This document shows positions 8,510-17,493 of a stretch of DNA of 19,871 nt, piece by piece. The translations under genes were made by a program, and so were the position numbers. The stretch is from Promethearchaeota archaeon. GTDB taxonomy: Archaea; Asgardarchaeota; Lokiarchaeia; Sigyniarchaeales; SOKP01. Location: contig JBHLNS010000054.1 in NCBI GenBank assembly GCA_048941285.1, forward strand, positions 1 to 19,871. The letters are read 5' to 3'. Position 1 is the first letter of the stretch. Every line of letters begins with the position of its first letter. The notes beneath the pieces are model-generated. The model was not told where the DNA came from and did not search any database. It was given only the letters and a program-made list of their open reading frames with translations.

Positions 8510-8593
8510 AAATAACAATAAAACTGCGAGTAAATTAACTAATAATGTTTTTTCTATTATATTCATCCTTAACGCAGTCTTATTTGAAATCAT
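8507..8593 (-). CDS. Putative Leu-rich leader peptide of leuS, MISNKTALRMNIIEKTLLVNLLAVLLLF (alternative start ATG 8566 gives 19 aa)
   Basis: Manual translation of the minus strand: ATG 8593 to TGA 8509-8507. It has 8 Leu in 28 codons, 7 of them in the last 12. It lies directly upstream of leuS on the same strand and is followed by a stem-loop with U-tracts. Confidence 0.65.
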   Translation of the reverse strand: MISNKTALRMNIIEKTLLVNLLAVLLLF

Positions 8594-8612
8594 TCTTATA
8601 AAAATATATGTG

Positions 8613-8634
8613 TGTTTATATTAAAATATTTCTA
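8613..8634 (-). promoter_or_regulatory. Putative archaeal BRE/TATA promoter for the leader-peptide/leuS transcript
   Basis: The minus strand reads TAGAAATATTTTAATATAAACA. The TATA-like element is ~22-33 nt upstream of ATG 8593, a spacing that would give a leaderless start at the leader ORF. The AT-rich background lowers specificity. Confidence 0.35.
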
Positions 8635-8775
8635 GGTTTTTACCTTATTTTGTTACTTGTGGATTAATTCCTATTGCGATAACTCGTTCTTAGAAAATAG
8701 TGCAAATTGTTAAATATATCCTCTTATTTCATTTTTTTGATATAATACCTGAACGAAAACGGGGAAAAGGATCTT

Positions 8776-11700
8776 ATGAAAAGAACTATTAAACAAAACC
8801 AAGTTGAAATTGAATCTAAAAGTATCAATAAATTATTACAAATTAGCCTCGATGCGATGAATGAAGCTGTTTTTGTAATTGATTTAAAACATAAAATCCT
8901 CCAATGTAATAAGGCAACTTTAAATATTCTAGGAAAGTCTAATTACCATGATGTCATAGGACATTCTTGTATGGAACTATTACATTGTACTACTGAACCA
9001 GTTGATTGGTGCCCTGTAAGAAGAATGTGGGAAACTGGTAAAAGAGAGGTTAACTTTCAATTATTGAATGGTAAATGGGCTGAAATGTCTGCTGAACCCA
9101 TCTATAATGATAAGGGTGAAATTACTGGAGCAGTTCATATCATCGCTGACATTAACGCCCGCAAAAGAGCAGAAGATGCATTAAAAGAATCAAAACAGCA
9201 ATATCTCATGATTCTAAATTCTTTGAGTGATGCTATGCATGTGGTAGATGAAGATTTAAGAATTATTTTCCAAAATCCTGCAATGAATCAATGGCTAGAA
9301 ATATTAAATTTAAACCCTGATAATATAGGTAAACCAATTTTCGAGGCATTTCCTTTTTTAGATCATTATAAAGTTTATAATGAATATAGCAAAATCTTCA
9401 AAGAAAAGAAACCTTTAAGCACAATTGAAGGTACAAAACTATTTAATCGAATAATATTTACTGAAACTTTAAAAATACCTATTATTAGTGAAGGTCAAGT
9501 AAAACAGATTATAACTATTCTGAGAGACATCACTGATCGGAAGAAATTTGAAGAAAATTTAAAGGCATCTGAAGAAAAATATAAAAACATCATCAATAAT
9601 TTGATGGATATTGTAATAGTAGTAGATTTAAACGGGAACTTCCAATATGTCAGTCCTCAAATTCTTGAGATTACTGGATTTAAACCAGAAGAGATGATTG
9701 GTAAAAATGGATTTAAGTTTATGCACCCTGATGATGTATTAAACGCTGCTGAAGTATTAAGAGAAGTAATGAATAGCAAAGAGAAAATCCACATCAAATA
9801 TCGTATAATCCATAAAGATGGACATTATATCGATGTATCTGCTAGCGGAAGGCTAGTTAATATTGCTGGAGAAGAAAGAATTTTCGTAGTTGTGAAAGAC
9901 ATATCCGACCAAAAGAGAGCAGAACATAAGTTAAAAGAATCAGAAAAAAACTATCGATATTTGATTGAAAATGCATTAGAAGGAGTTTGGGTTATAGATT
10001 CAAATGCACAAACAACTTTAGTTAATCCGAGTATGGCAAAAATATTAGGTTATTCAGTAGATGAGATGATTGGAAAATCTGTTTTATCTTTTATGGATAG
10101 TGAACAAGCAAAAATTACTAAAAAGCACTTAGAAAAAAGGAAAAAAGGTATTTCGGAGGAGAGAGACGCTATTTTTATCCATAAGAATGGAAATTTAGTT
10201 TATTTAAGAATTAAAGCGACCCCAATTTTCAATAGCAATGGTGTCTATGAAGGAACATATGCATTTTTGGCAGATATTACTAACAGTAAGCATGCTGAAG
10301 AAAAATTGAAAGAATCGGAGGATCAATTTAGAACCATTACCGAACAATCATTTATGGGAATTGTAATACTACAAGATGGAGTTTTTAAATATTTGAACGA
10401 ACAAACTGCAAAAATAAATGGATACACCATCGAAGAGATTCAAAATTGGAAGCCGAATGAATTTATAAAGATTATACACCCTGAAGATAGAGAATTTGTT
10501 ATGGAACAGGCTCGAAAAAAACAAACAGGTGATCCAGATGTTATATCTCACTATCAATATAGAGTTATTAAAAAAAATGGGGAAGTAATCTGGCTTGAAA
10601 ATTTTTCAAAAACTATAAACTATGGAGGGAAACCTGCAGATTTTATCATGACAATTGATATTAGCGACAAAATAAAAGCAGAACAAATGTTAAGGGAATC
10701 GGAAGAGAAATATCGATTAATTTCAGAAAATACGGATGATTTAATTGTAGTTTATAATGAAGATGGAATAATAGAATACCTAAATTCTGATACTCATTCA
10801 AGAGTTTTAGGGTATAATACTGATCAATTTTTAGAAAAATCTTTTAGAGACAAATTAGTACATAAAGATGATAGAGCAATAGCAGATAAATCTGGAAGTG
10901 AAGGTTTAGAAAAAGGAAATTTCCAATATCAATTTAGATTAAAACATCAAAATGGCAATTATATCTGGTTTGAGGTCTCCGGTAAAACTTTTAAAGACCA
11001 TTATGGTAATAGAAAAATTTTGTGTGTTTCAAGAAACATCAATGAAAAAAAATTAGCAGAACAGAAAATCAAAGAATCTAAAGAAAATTTCAGAACGATA
11101 GCTGAACAAGCTTTCATTGGGACATTAATCATTCAAGATGACAAAGTGGAGTATGTAAATAATGCTTTGTTACAAATTTTTGACTATTCTTTTGAAGAAG
11201 TCGTTCACTGGAAAAAAGATGATCTAATCAAGCTAATTTACCCGGAAGATTTACAATATTTAAGAGAATATCGCGAAAAATTGCGAAGTGGTGAATCCGA
11301 CATTAAACAGTATTATTCTTATAGAGTATTTACAAAATATGGTAAAATAAAATGGATAGATCAATATTCAAGACCTATTATTTATCGTGAAAAATCTGCG
11401 GAATTAGTCACTATTATGGATATTACTGAAAAGAAGAAGGCTGAAGAAGAATTAAAAAAGTTAAACAGTTTAAAATCTGAACTTCTTAGAAGGACTTCCC
11501 ATGAATTAAAAACACCGCTTGTATCCATAAAAGGTTTTTCTGATCTTTTATTAACTGTACATAAAGATAAATTAGATGATTATGTATTAGCTGCAATTCA
11601 TGAAATAAAACTTGGATGTGAACGATTAGAAAATCTTATTCAAGATATTTTAAAAACATCTGAGTTAGAATCTGAATTAGTTGAACTAAAGAAATCTGAA

Positions 11701-12162
11701 GAGGATTTATCATTCTTGATAAAATTATGCATAAGGGAGTTGCAAGGCTTAATCAGATTAAGGAATCATGAGATTCATTTAAATATCCATGATAAGTTGG
11801 TGACTAGATTTGAACCAGACCAAATCCATCTTGTTTTAAGTAATTTACTCAATAATGCTATAAAATATACCCCTCCAAATGGAAAAATCGAGATTAAATC
11901 GGCTTTTACCGACGATTATGTCCTAATTTCAATAGAGGATAATGGAATTGGAATAACAAGTGAAGAGAAGAAAAGGTTATTCACTCAATTTGGAAAAATT
12001 GAACGATATGGGCAAGGACTTGACATTATTTCTGAGGGTTCTGGATTAGGTTTATTTATAACTAAAAAAATTATTGAATTGCATGGTGGAACAATTAGGG
12101 TTAAGTCAAAGGGGAGGAACAAGGGTTCTACTTTCTATTTTACTCTTCCCTTGATTAAATAA
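8776..12162 (+). CDS. Cytoplasmic multi-PAS sensor histidine kinase (about 7 PAS/PAC repeats + HisKA + HATPase_c)
   Basis: Repeated PAS-PAC junctions (DITDRKKFEENLKASEEKY-like), H-box SHELKTPL, N-box NLLNNAIKYT, G1 DNGIGI and G2 GSGLGL. No transmembrane segment or receiver domain is visible. Confidence 0.95.
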   Translation: MKRTIKQNQVEIESKSINKLLQISLDAMNEAVFVIDLKHKILQCNKATLNILGKSNYHDVIGHSCMELLHCTTEPVDWCPVRRMWETGKREVNFQLLNGKWAEMSAEPIYNDKGEITGAVHIIADINARKRAEDALKESKQQYLMILNSLSDAMHVVDEDLRIIFQNPAMNQWLEILNLNPDNIGKPIFEAFPFLDHYKVYNEYSKIFKEKKPLSTIEGTKLFNRIIFTETLKIPIISEGQVKQIITILRDITDRKKFEENLKASEEKYKNIINNLMDIVIVVDLNGNFQYVSPQILEITGFKPEEMIGKNGFKFMHPDDVLNAAEVLREVMNSKEKIHIKYRIIHKDGHYIDVSASGRLVNIAGEERIFVVVKDISDQKRAEHKLKESEKNYRYLIENALEGVWVIDSNAQTTLVNPSMAKILGYSVDEMIGKSVLSFMDSEQAKITKKHLEKRKKGISEERDAIFIHKNGNLVYLRIKATPIFNSNGVYEGTYAFLADITNSKHAEEKLKESEDQFRTITEQSFMGIVILQDGVFKYLNEQTAKINGYTIEEIQNWKPNEFIKIIHPEDREFVMEQARKKQTGDPDVISHYQYRVIKKNGEVIWLENFSKTINYGGKPADFIMTIDISDKIKAEQMLRESEEKYRLISENTDDLIVVYNEDGIIEYLNSDTHSRVLGYNTDQFLEKSFRDKLVHKDDRAIADKSGSEGLEKGNFQYQFRLKHQNGNYIWFEVSGKTFKDHYGNRKILCVSRNINEKKLAEQKIKESKENFRTIAEQAFIGTLIIQDDKVEYVNNALLQIFDYSFEEVVHWKKDDLIKLIYPEDLQYLREYREKLRSGESDIKQYYSYRVFTKYGKIKWIDQYSRPIIYREKSAELVTIMDITEKKKAEEELKKLNSLKSELLRRTSHELKTPLVSIKGFSDLLLTVHKDKLDDYVLAAIHEIKLGCERLENLIQDILKTSELESELVELKKSEEDLSFLIKLCIRELQGLIRLRNHEIHLNIHDKLVTRFEPDQIHLVLSNLLNNAIKYTPPNGKIEIKSAFTDDYVLISIEDNGIGITSEEKKRLFTQFGKIERYGQGLDIISEGSGLGLFITKKIIELHGGTIRVKSKGRNKGSTFYFTLPLIK

Positions 12163-12255
12163 AAAAGAAAGAAAAAGTACTTGTTGAAAGAATTAAAACA
12201 ACCAAAAATTATTACAATCTAATCTTTTTTTAATAAATTTCAAATTATATTATTT

Positions 12256-12876
12256 ATGTCAATAACGAAAAAAGATGCTGAAATCCAAGCAGAAAAAATA
12301 GTTAGAAGAGTTTTAGACGAGAAAAATTATCTTCCTAAATTATTAGAAGGAATTAAAGCAAAGGAAGACTCAATACGATACCCAAATGCAATCGCTTTAG
12401 AAATCCTCAGTAAGGAGAATCCCGAAATCATTTATCCTGAATGGGAAATATTCGTTGAATTATTAAAAAGTAAAAATGCATATCACAAGTCGATTGCAAT
12501 CTCAACAATTTCAAATTTAAGTATAATAGATGAGCAAAATAAATTTGAAGAAATTTTTAAAGAATTTTTTAAACTCATTGATGATAAAAGTGTAATTGTT
12601 ACAAGAAAACTAGCTATTTATGCCGGTAAAATTGCTAAGGCTAAACCATTGTTAAGATCTAAGATTACAACCATTTTATTAAGTATTGATAATACTCAAC
12701 ATAGCCCTAGCCGCAAAGATTTAATTAAAGGAGATATTATTGAAAGTCTCAGTGAATATTTTAAAAATATTAGGAATAAAATTGAAATTATCAAATTTGT
12801 TAAAAATCAATTAAAAAGTAGTAGCCCAAGCACAGTAAAGAAAGCTAAAGAGTTCCTTTCAAGATGGGAAAAATAA
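12256..12876 (+). CDS. Hypothetical all-helical protein, HEAT/ARM-repeat-like
   Basis: Repeating helix-turn-helix patterns (LLKSKNAYHKSIAI, LIDDKSVIVTRKL, QLKSSSPSTVKKA); 206-aa ORF with an ATG start. Confidence 0.65.
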   Translation: MSITKKDAEIQAEKIVRRVLDEKNYLPKLLEGIKAKEDSIRYPNAIALEILSKENPEIIYPEWEIFVELLKSKNAYHKSIAISTISNLSIIDEQNKFEEIFKEFFKLIDDKSVIVTRKLAIYAGKIAKAKPLLRSKITTILLSIDNTQHSPSRKDLIKGDIIESLSEYFKNIRNKIEIIKFVKNQLKSSSPSTVKKAKEFLSRWEK

Positions 12877-12980
12877 ATTGATGATTATGTCAACAAAATT
12901 CTTAACAATATTTATTAAAACTTTTAATTTTTACCTAAATTATCCAAATTTAAATTAAAAAAATATTATTGTGAATTTAA

Positions 12981-14435
12981 ATGGTTGAATTTAATCCAAG
13001 GGTTTTAAGTAAAGAGGAATTAAGAGCAATATCAGCTGGTATAAATGAGGAAGAATTAGTACTATTTGATAAACATTTATTAGACAACTATTATGATGAA
13101 AATGTTTTAATAGAAGCTAAAGAGCCAGGATCTCCATGGATTATCGTAAAGAATCTTAAAACAGGGGAGTTTTCCGAAAAACTTGACTGCACTGCTCAAT
13201 TTTGGTCATTAGCATTAGGTTTTGCCCATCCTGATGTTAATTATGCTGTAGCTGAACAAATGAAGAGATTAACCCATATTAAGTCTGAAGGTGTTTGTCC
13301 ATCCCGTGCTAAATTTATAAATAAACTTTCTGAATTATGCCCAGGTCGATTGAAAGGAGGAAGAGTTGCTATTAATAACGAAGGGGGAAGCCTAGCAATC
13401 GAAGCTGCAATAAAATTTACACTAATAGCTTCTAGAACTGGAGATCATTTTCTAACATTTCGAGGGGGATACCATGGAAATACATTAGCTACGATAACAG
13501 CATCTCAACCTTTTCATACAATAACAAGATTTCGACCATTTGGGGTAGATTTTTTTACACGTGTTCCACAGCCTTATTGTTATCGTTGTATGTGGAATTA
13601 TAAAAATGGATTATATGGTAAAAAGGACCCAGAATGTAATCTCGAGTGTTTTACCTTAGTTAAAGAGTATTTAATGGGGTTAACATCAAGAAAACTAGCA
13701 GGAGTTATTTTAGAGCCTTGGCAAGCTGCAGGTGGACATGTACCATTTCCACCAGACTTTCTTATAAAATTAAGGGAAGTTTGCGACGAAGAAAAAATTT
13801 TCATAATCTATGATGAATCCCAAACGGGCGTGTGGAGAACTGGTAAATATTTTACTCTTACAGAGAAATATGAAAAAGAACTTGGAATTGATGTCTCTCC
13901 TGATATGATGTGCTTTACGAAAGCTATTGGTGGGGGCTTTCCATTAGGAGCTATGATTGCATCTAATAAAATCAAAAAGAGGTTTGGACCATCAGAAGAT
14001 CATACAACCTTCTGCAATGCCCCTATAGGTTGTACAGCAGGACTTGCATCAATTATGGTAATTGAAAGAGCAAAAATAGGAGAAAATTGTGAAGAAAGAG
14101 GAAAACAAATTACTAAACGATTAAAAGAATTTCAAGAAAGATATGAAAATATAGGAGATATACGTGGTCCAGGGTTATTCATAGGAATTGAATTAGTTAA
14201 GGATAAAGAATCAAGAGAACCTTTTACAGAATTAATGGAAGAAATGCTTCATGAGGGTATAAGGCAAGATGTATATTTTGGGCCTAGTATGCCTTATCTT
14301 AGTGGAACAGGGAAATTGTTAAAGCGAAATTTAATTAAAATAAAACCTCCACTTAATATTACTGAAGATGATGCCGATTTTATTTGTGATAAATTTGAAA
14401 ATGTATTAAGGACATCAATTAACAATTTAAAATAA
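12981..14435 (+). CDS. Class-III PLP-dependent aminotransferase (GabT-like); substrate unknown
   Basis: GYHGNT, PYCYRC, ILEPWQAAGG, YDESQTGVWRTG, PDMMCFTKAIGGGFPLGA, GDIRGPGLFIGIELVKD and KIKPPL, with a GTGA SD-like site upstream. Confidence 0.92.
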   Translation: MVEFNPRVLSKEELRAISAGINEEELVLFDKHLLDNYYDENVLIEAKEPGSPWIIVKNLKTGEFSEKLDCTAQFWSLALGFAHPDVNYAVAEQMKRLTHIKSEGVCPSRAKFINKLSELCPGRLKGGRVAINNEGGSLAIEAAIKFTLIASRTGDHFLTFRGGYHGNTLATITASQPFHTITRFRPFGVDFFTRVPQPYCYRCMWNYKNGLYGKKDPECNLECFTLVKEYLMGLTSRKLAGVILEPWQAAGGHVPFPPDFLIKLREVCDEEKIFIIYDESQTGVWRTGKYFTLTEKYEKELGIDVSPDMMCFTKAIGGGFPLGAMIASNKIKKRFGPSEDHTTFCNAPIGCTAGLASIMVIERAKIGENCEERGKQITKRLKEFQERYENIGDIRGPGLFIGIELVKDKESREPFTELMEEMLHEGIRQDVYFGPSMPYLSGTGKLLKRNLIKIKPPLNITEDDADFICDKFENVLRTSINNLK

Positions 14436-14442
14436 TCAAACT

Positions 14443-15687
14443 ATGAATTCTCGAGAACGTGTACTTACAAGCATTAATCATAAAGAACCAGATAGAGTTC
14501 CTATTGATCTTGCGGGGTTTCCAGTAACAGGAATTTCTGCTATTGCGTATCATAACTTAAAGGAATATCTAGGGATAAAAGCAGGTCATGTTAGAGTTTA
14601 TGATCTAATGCAGCAGCTAGCCTTACCTGAGGAAATGGTACTTGACTTATTCAAAGTAGATGTTTTAGATTTAGGAAGGACTTTCAACACAGAGAATGAG
14701 GATTGGTATGATATTAAAGTAAATGGATATGATTTTCAATATCCACATTGGTTTAAGCAAAAGCGTAATCCTGATGATTCTTATGATATCTATCATCGTG
14801 ATGGGACCATAATCGCAAGGATGACTAAGGATGCATTAGTTTTTGACCAAATGTATTATCCTTGCTTAAATAATTACCCTCAGACCTACATCGACTTTCA
14901 GAAAATGGCTTCGAAAAATCCATGGGTATCTCAAATAACTCCTCCTTTTAGTAATATAGGTCAAAAAAAATTTTGGAAGACTTTAAGAAATAATGCAATT
15001 ACCTTAAAAGAAAAGTCTAATAAAGTAATAACACTCAATTTAGGAAGTACTTCTTTTGAATTAGCAAGTTCATTTAGAAGATTGGACAAATTCTTGATTG
15101 ATTTAGTAAGAAATACTTCTCAAGTCGAAAAGTTTCTTGATTATTTGCTAGAATTTTTTTTGACTTCCTTCAAATTAATATGTGGTTATGTGGGAGATGT
15201 TGTTGATATTATAAAAATTGGTGATGATCTTGGTGAAAATAAAGGTCCTTTTATTAGTCCTAAAATTTTTCGAGAAATTTTTAAACCAAGGATTGCTGAA
15301 ATATGCGATTTCATTAAGAAAAATAGCTCAATGAAGATATTTTATCATTCCTGTGGTTCTATAGTCCCATTATTATCAGATCTGATAGATACTGGAATAG
15401 ATATTCTCAATCCTGTACAAATAAACGCTAGAGATATGGATCCTAAATTTTTAAAAGAAAACTTTGGTGATGACATTACTTTTTGGGGCGGTGGTGCGGA
15501 TACGCGGAATGTTATTAATAGAAAAAGTCCAGAAGAAGTTAAAAAGCATGTTTTAGAGCTTCTTGAAATTTTTTTTCCTGGTGGAGGATATATATGGAAT
15601 ACAGTTCATAATATTTTACCAGATGTGCCACCTCAAAACATAATTGCGATGTTTGAAGCTATCGAGGAATTTAATCATAAGTTATAG
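14443..15687 (+). CDS. Uroporphyrinogen decarboxylase / MtaA-CmuA methyltransferase family protein
   Basis: MNSRERV...HKEPDRVPID N-terminus, GDDLG...ISPKIFRE, Zn-site-like YHSCG, GIDILNPVQ, FWGGG and HNILPDVPPQNI. It starts 7 bp after the aminotransferase, suggesting an operon. Confidence 0.88.
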   Translation: MNSRERVLTSINHKEPDRVPIDLAGFPVTGISAIAYHNLKEYLGIKAGHVRVYDLMQQLALPEEMVLDLFKVDVLDLGRTFNTENEDWYDIKVNGYDFQYPHWFKQKRNPDDSYDIYHRDGTIIARMTKDALVFDQMYYPCLNNYPQTYIDFQKMASKNPWVSQITPPFSNIGQKKFWKTLRNNAITLKEKSNKVITLNLGSTSFELASSFRRLDKFLIDLVRNTSQVEKFLDYLLEFFLTSFKLICGYVGDVVDIIKIGDDLGENKGPFISPKIFREIFKPRIAEICDFIKKNSSMKIFYHSCGSIVPLLSDLIDTGIDILNPVQINARDMDPKFLKENFGDDITFWGGGADTRNVINRKSPEEVKKHVLELLEIFFPGGGYIWNTVHNILPDVPPQNIIAMFEAIEEFNHKL

Positions 15688-15690
15688 ACA

Positions 15691-16653
15691 TTATTCTAAT
15701 GATTCTTCACTCACAAGTCTCAAATATTGAATTGATTTTGGCTTAAATGAAAATTGATTTTTTTTATATGGAATTATCTTAACTTGAGGATAAAAATTGG
15801 CTAAATAAAGTGAAATACCTCTAATTTCGATATCATTAAGGAGAAACTTCACATTATTGAATTTTAAGAATCCTAATTGTCCTTTAATTTCATGTAAATT
15901 TCCAATTTCATGAAATCCGAAATAAACAGTATATCTTTTATCGGAAGAAAACCTCTGGTTGGAAATTACTGTTCCTATTTTATAGTGAGGAATTCCTCCA
16001 TCTAAAATGCATATTATATTGTTTATTCTTACTTTAAAACCATAAAAGGGGTAAAGATAATGATAAAAATGCTTTGGTAACTTTCCTAAAATTATTTCTG
16101 GGCAAATAGAACTTATTTCAATAGGTATCTCGTTTGCATTTTCTTGTTTGGAGATCTGCTTTACAATATTTTCATTTTCAATTGCTAATGAGAAATCTTT
16201 CCCACCTCTAGCACGAATAGCATCATTGGATGGCCTAAGTTCAAGGTGAAGATGAGGACTTGACCAATAAGCAAAATAACCATTTCGAATTGTTTTACCT
16301 AAAACGTCCCCTACATTAATAAATTCTCCAACGTTCACAATAGGCTTAACATGCATTATCTTCCATACGGACTCAGATTTATTACCATTATTAATTAAAA
16401 TTAAATAATCAACATTAACTCCATCAATGAATCTTGGTTTAGGAGCTGCTAAAGTCTTGATCTGTAAGACTTTTCCTGAAATTGGGCTCAGGACATCATA
16501 GTTTTCTAAAGTAAGATTTTGATAAATATCAATAGCTAATCCGTGCTGATGTGCATAATAAGGAGATGTACCTATACTAAAATGACTTGTCTGGGTTATA
16601 GAAACTCGATTATTGTTTACTTTGACAATATCGTAAAATCCAGATTTAGGCAT
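15691..16653 (-). CDS. Hypothetical protein with an N-terminal M23 metallopeptidase-like (HxxxxxD / HxH) domain
   Basis: AHQHGLAIDIY, VLSPISGKV, MHVKPIVNVGEFINVGDVLG and SSPHLHLELR follow the M23/duplicated-hybrid motif order. No obvious signal peptide. Confidence 0.7.
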   Translation of the reverse strand: MPKSGFYDIVKVNNNRVSITQTSHFSIGTSPYYAHQHGLAIDIYQNLTLENYDVLSPISGKVLQIKTLAAPKPRFIDGVNVDYLILINNGNKSESVWKIMHVKPIVNVGEFINVGDVLGKTIRNGYFAYWSSPHLHLELRPSNDAIRARGGKDFSLAIENENIVKQISKQENANEIPIEISSICPEIILGKLPKHFYHYLYPFYGFKVRINNIICILDGGIPHYKIGTVISNQRFSSDKRYTVYFGFHEIGNLHEIKGQLGFLKFNNVKFLLNDIEIRGISLYLANFYPQVKIIPYKKNQFSFKPKSIQYLRLVSEESLE

Positions 16654-16730
16654 ATAGGATTTATGATAAATTTATTAATTTTTTATTTAAGATAATTTCT
16701 TTTTAAAAAAATATCTTGCTTGTTCTTATT

Positions 16731-16745
16731 AAAAAAAGAAAAAAA
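16731..16745 (-). terminator. Putative U-tract terminator after the membrane-protein gene
   Basis: Minus strand TTTTTTTCTTTTTTT ~45 nt downstream of the stop at 16789. Confidence 0.35.
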
Positions 16746-16788
16746 TAATATTAATTTCTTAGAAATTTTTTTGTTCCTTAAATTGATT

Positions 16789-17226
16789 TTAATTAATTAC
16801 TCTCTTTTTTGAAGAATAAAATACGTAAATGGTTATAAGATTGAATACAAGCAAAATTGGTATTGAAATCATGATTGGAATATAATTGTGACCTGATGGA
16901 TCTAGTATTAATACTCCTGGAATAGAAATCAATAATGGAATTAATTCACTTATAACTCCCATAATTATGGTTTTCTTTATTGATACTTTATCCATGATAT
17001 ATCTTATCAAGTAATAGATCGCGATAAACCTAAAAAAATAATATGGAAAAAACTCCAAAACAGTAAACCATCTTAAAATAGATAAATCCCAATATTCCCA
17101 TAATATTGCCATTAGGCTATTGGGTCCAGGTCCTAAGTCTATATGAAAACCGTAGGGTGTAAGAATTACAATTATGAGAGAGATAAATCCGATAAAACAG
17201 AATATAAACTGATTTTTAGATGTCAT
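16789..17226 (-). CDS. Hypothetical membrane protein (~4 hydrophobic helices)
   Basis: 145-aa ORF with four hydrophobic stretches and a basic C-terminus; no family recognised. Confidence 0.75.
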   Translation of the reverse strand: MTSKNQFIFCFIGFISLIIVILTPYGFHIDLGPGPNSLMAILWEYWDLSILRWFTVLEFFPYYFFRFIAIYYLIRYIMDKVSIKKTIIMGVISELIPLLISIPGVLILDPSGHNYIPIMISIPILLVFNLITIYVFYSSKKRVIN

Positions 17227-17452
17227 ATTCTACTCTCTATGCAGTAAATTATTTTTAAACATATCAAAACTCTTAGTATTTATTAACATTTTGGTCAAAT
17301 TAACTATCAGTTTTGATATTAATTTTATTTATAATAAATTCCCTCCTTGAAAATTTTTAAATTCAAAAAAATTGTAAAAATTTTTTAGTAAAAATTCTCT
17401 AGCTATCCCAAAAAAGTCAAAATTTATTATCTTTGAATTCTTTTTTTTAATC

Positions 17453-17474
17453 AGTTCTTTAGAAATAAAGAATT
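17453..17474 (+). promoter_or_regulatory. GNRA-capped hairpin in the putative 5' UTR of the cold-shock gene
   Basis: TTCTTTA-GAAA-TAAAGAA forms a perfect 7-bp stem, extendable by G-U and A-U pairs. A TATA-like TTTATTAT lies at 17423-17430. Confidence 0.45.
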
Positions 17475-17493
17475 TTAACAGAAAATTTAAAAA

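Noticed and set aside
8450-8593. Selenocysteine or stop read-through fusing the leader peptide to LeuRS (same frame, UGA followed by a hairpin)
   Set aside because: Two UGAs (8509-8507 and 8476-8474) would both have to be recoded. The product has no selenoprotein-like context, and no SECIS-like element was recognised.
8366-8640. T-box riboswitch upstream of leuS
   Set aside because: No T-box consensus (AAGGTGGTACC/UGGNACC bulge) or stem I motifs on the minus strand.
10369-10557. 62-aa minus-strand ORF
   Set aside because: Antisense within the histidine kinase gene.
9120-11460. Recurring GAAGAAAAATTAAAAGAATC-like sequences suggesting a repeat array
   Set aside because: These are coding PAS-PAC linker helices of the kinase. 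No CRISPR array, transposase, integrase, tRNA or rRNA gene was seen in the window.
13598-13804. 68-aa minus-strand ORF
   Set aside because: Antisense within the second aminotransferase gene.
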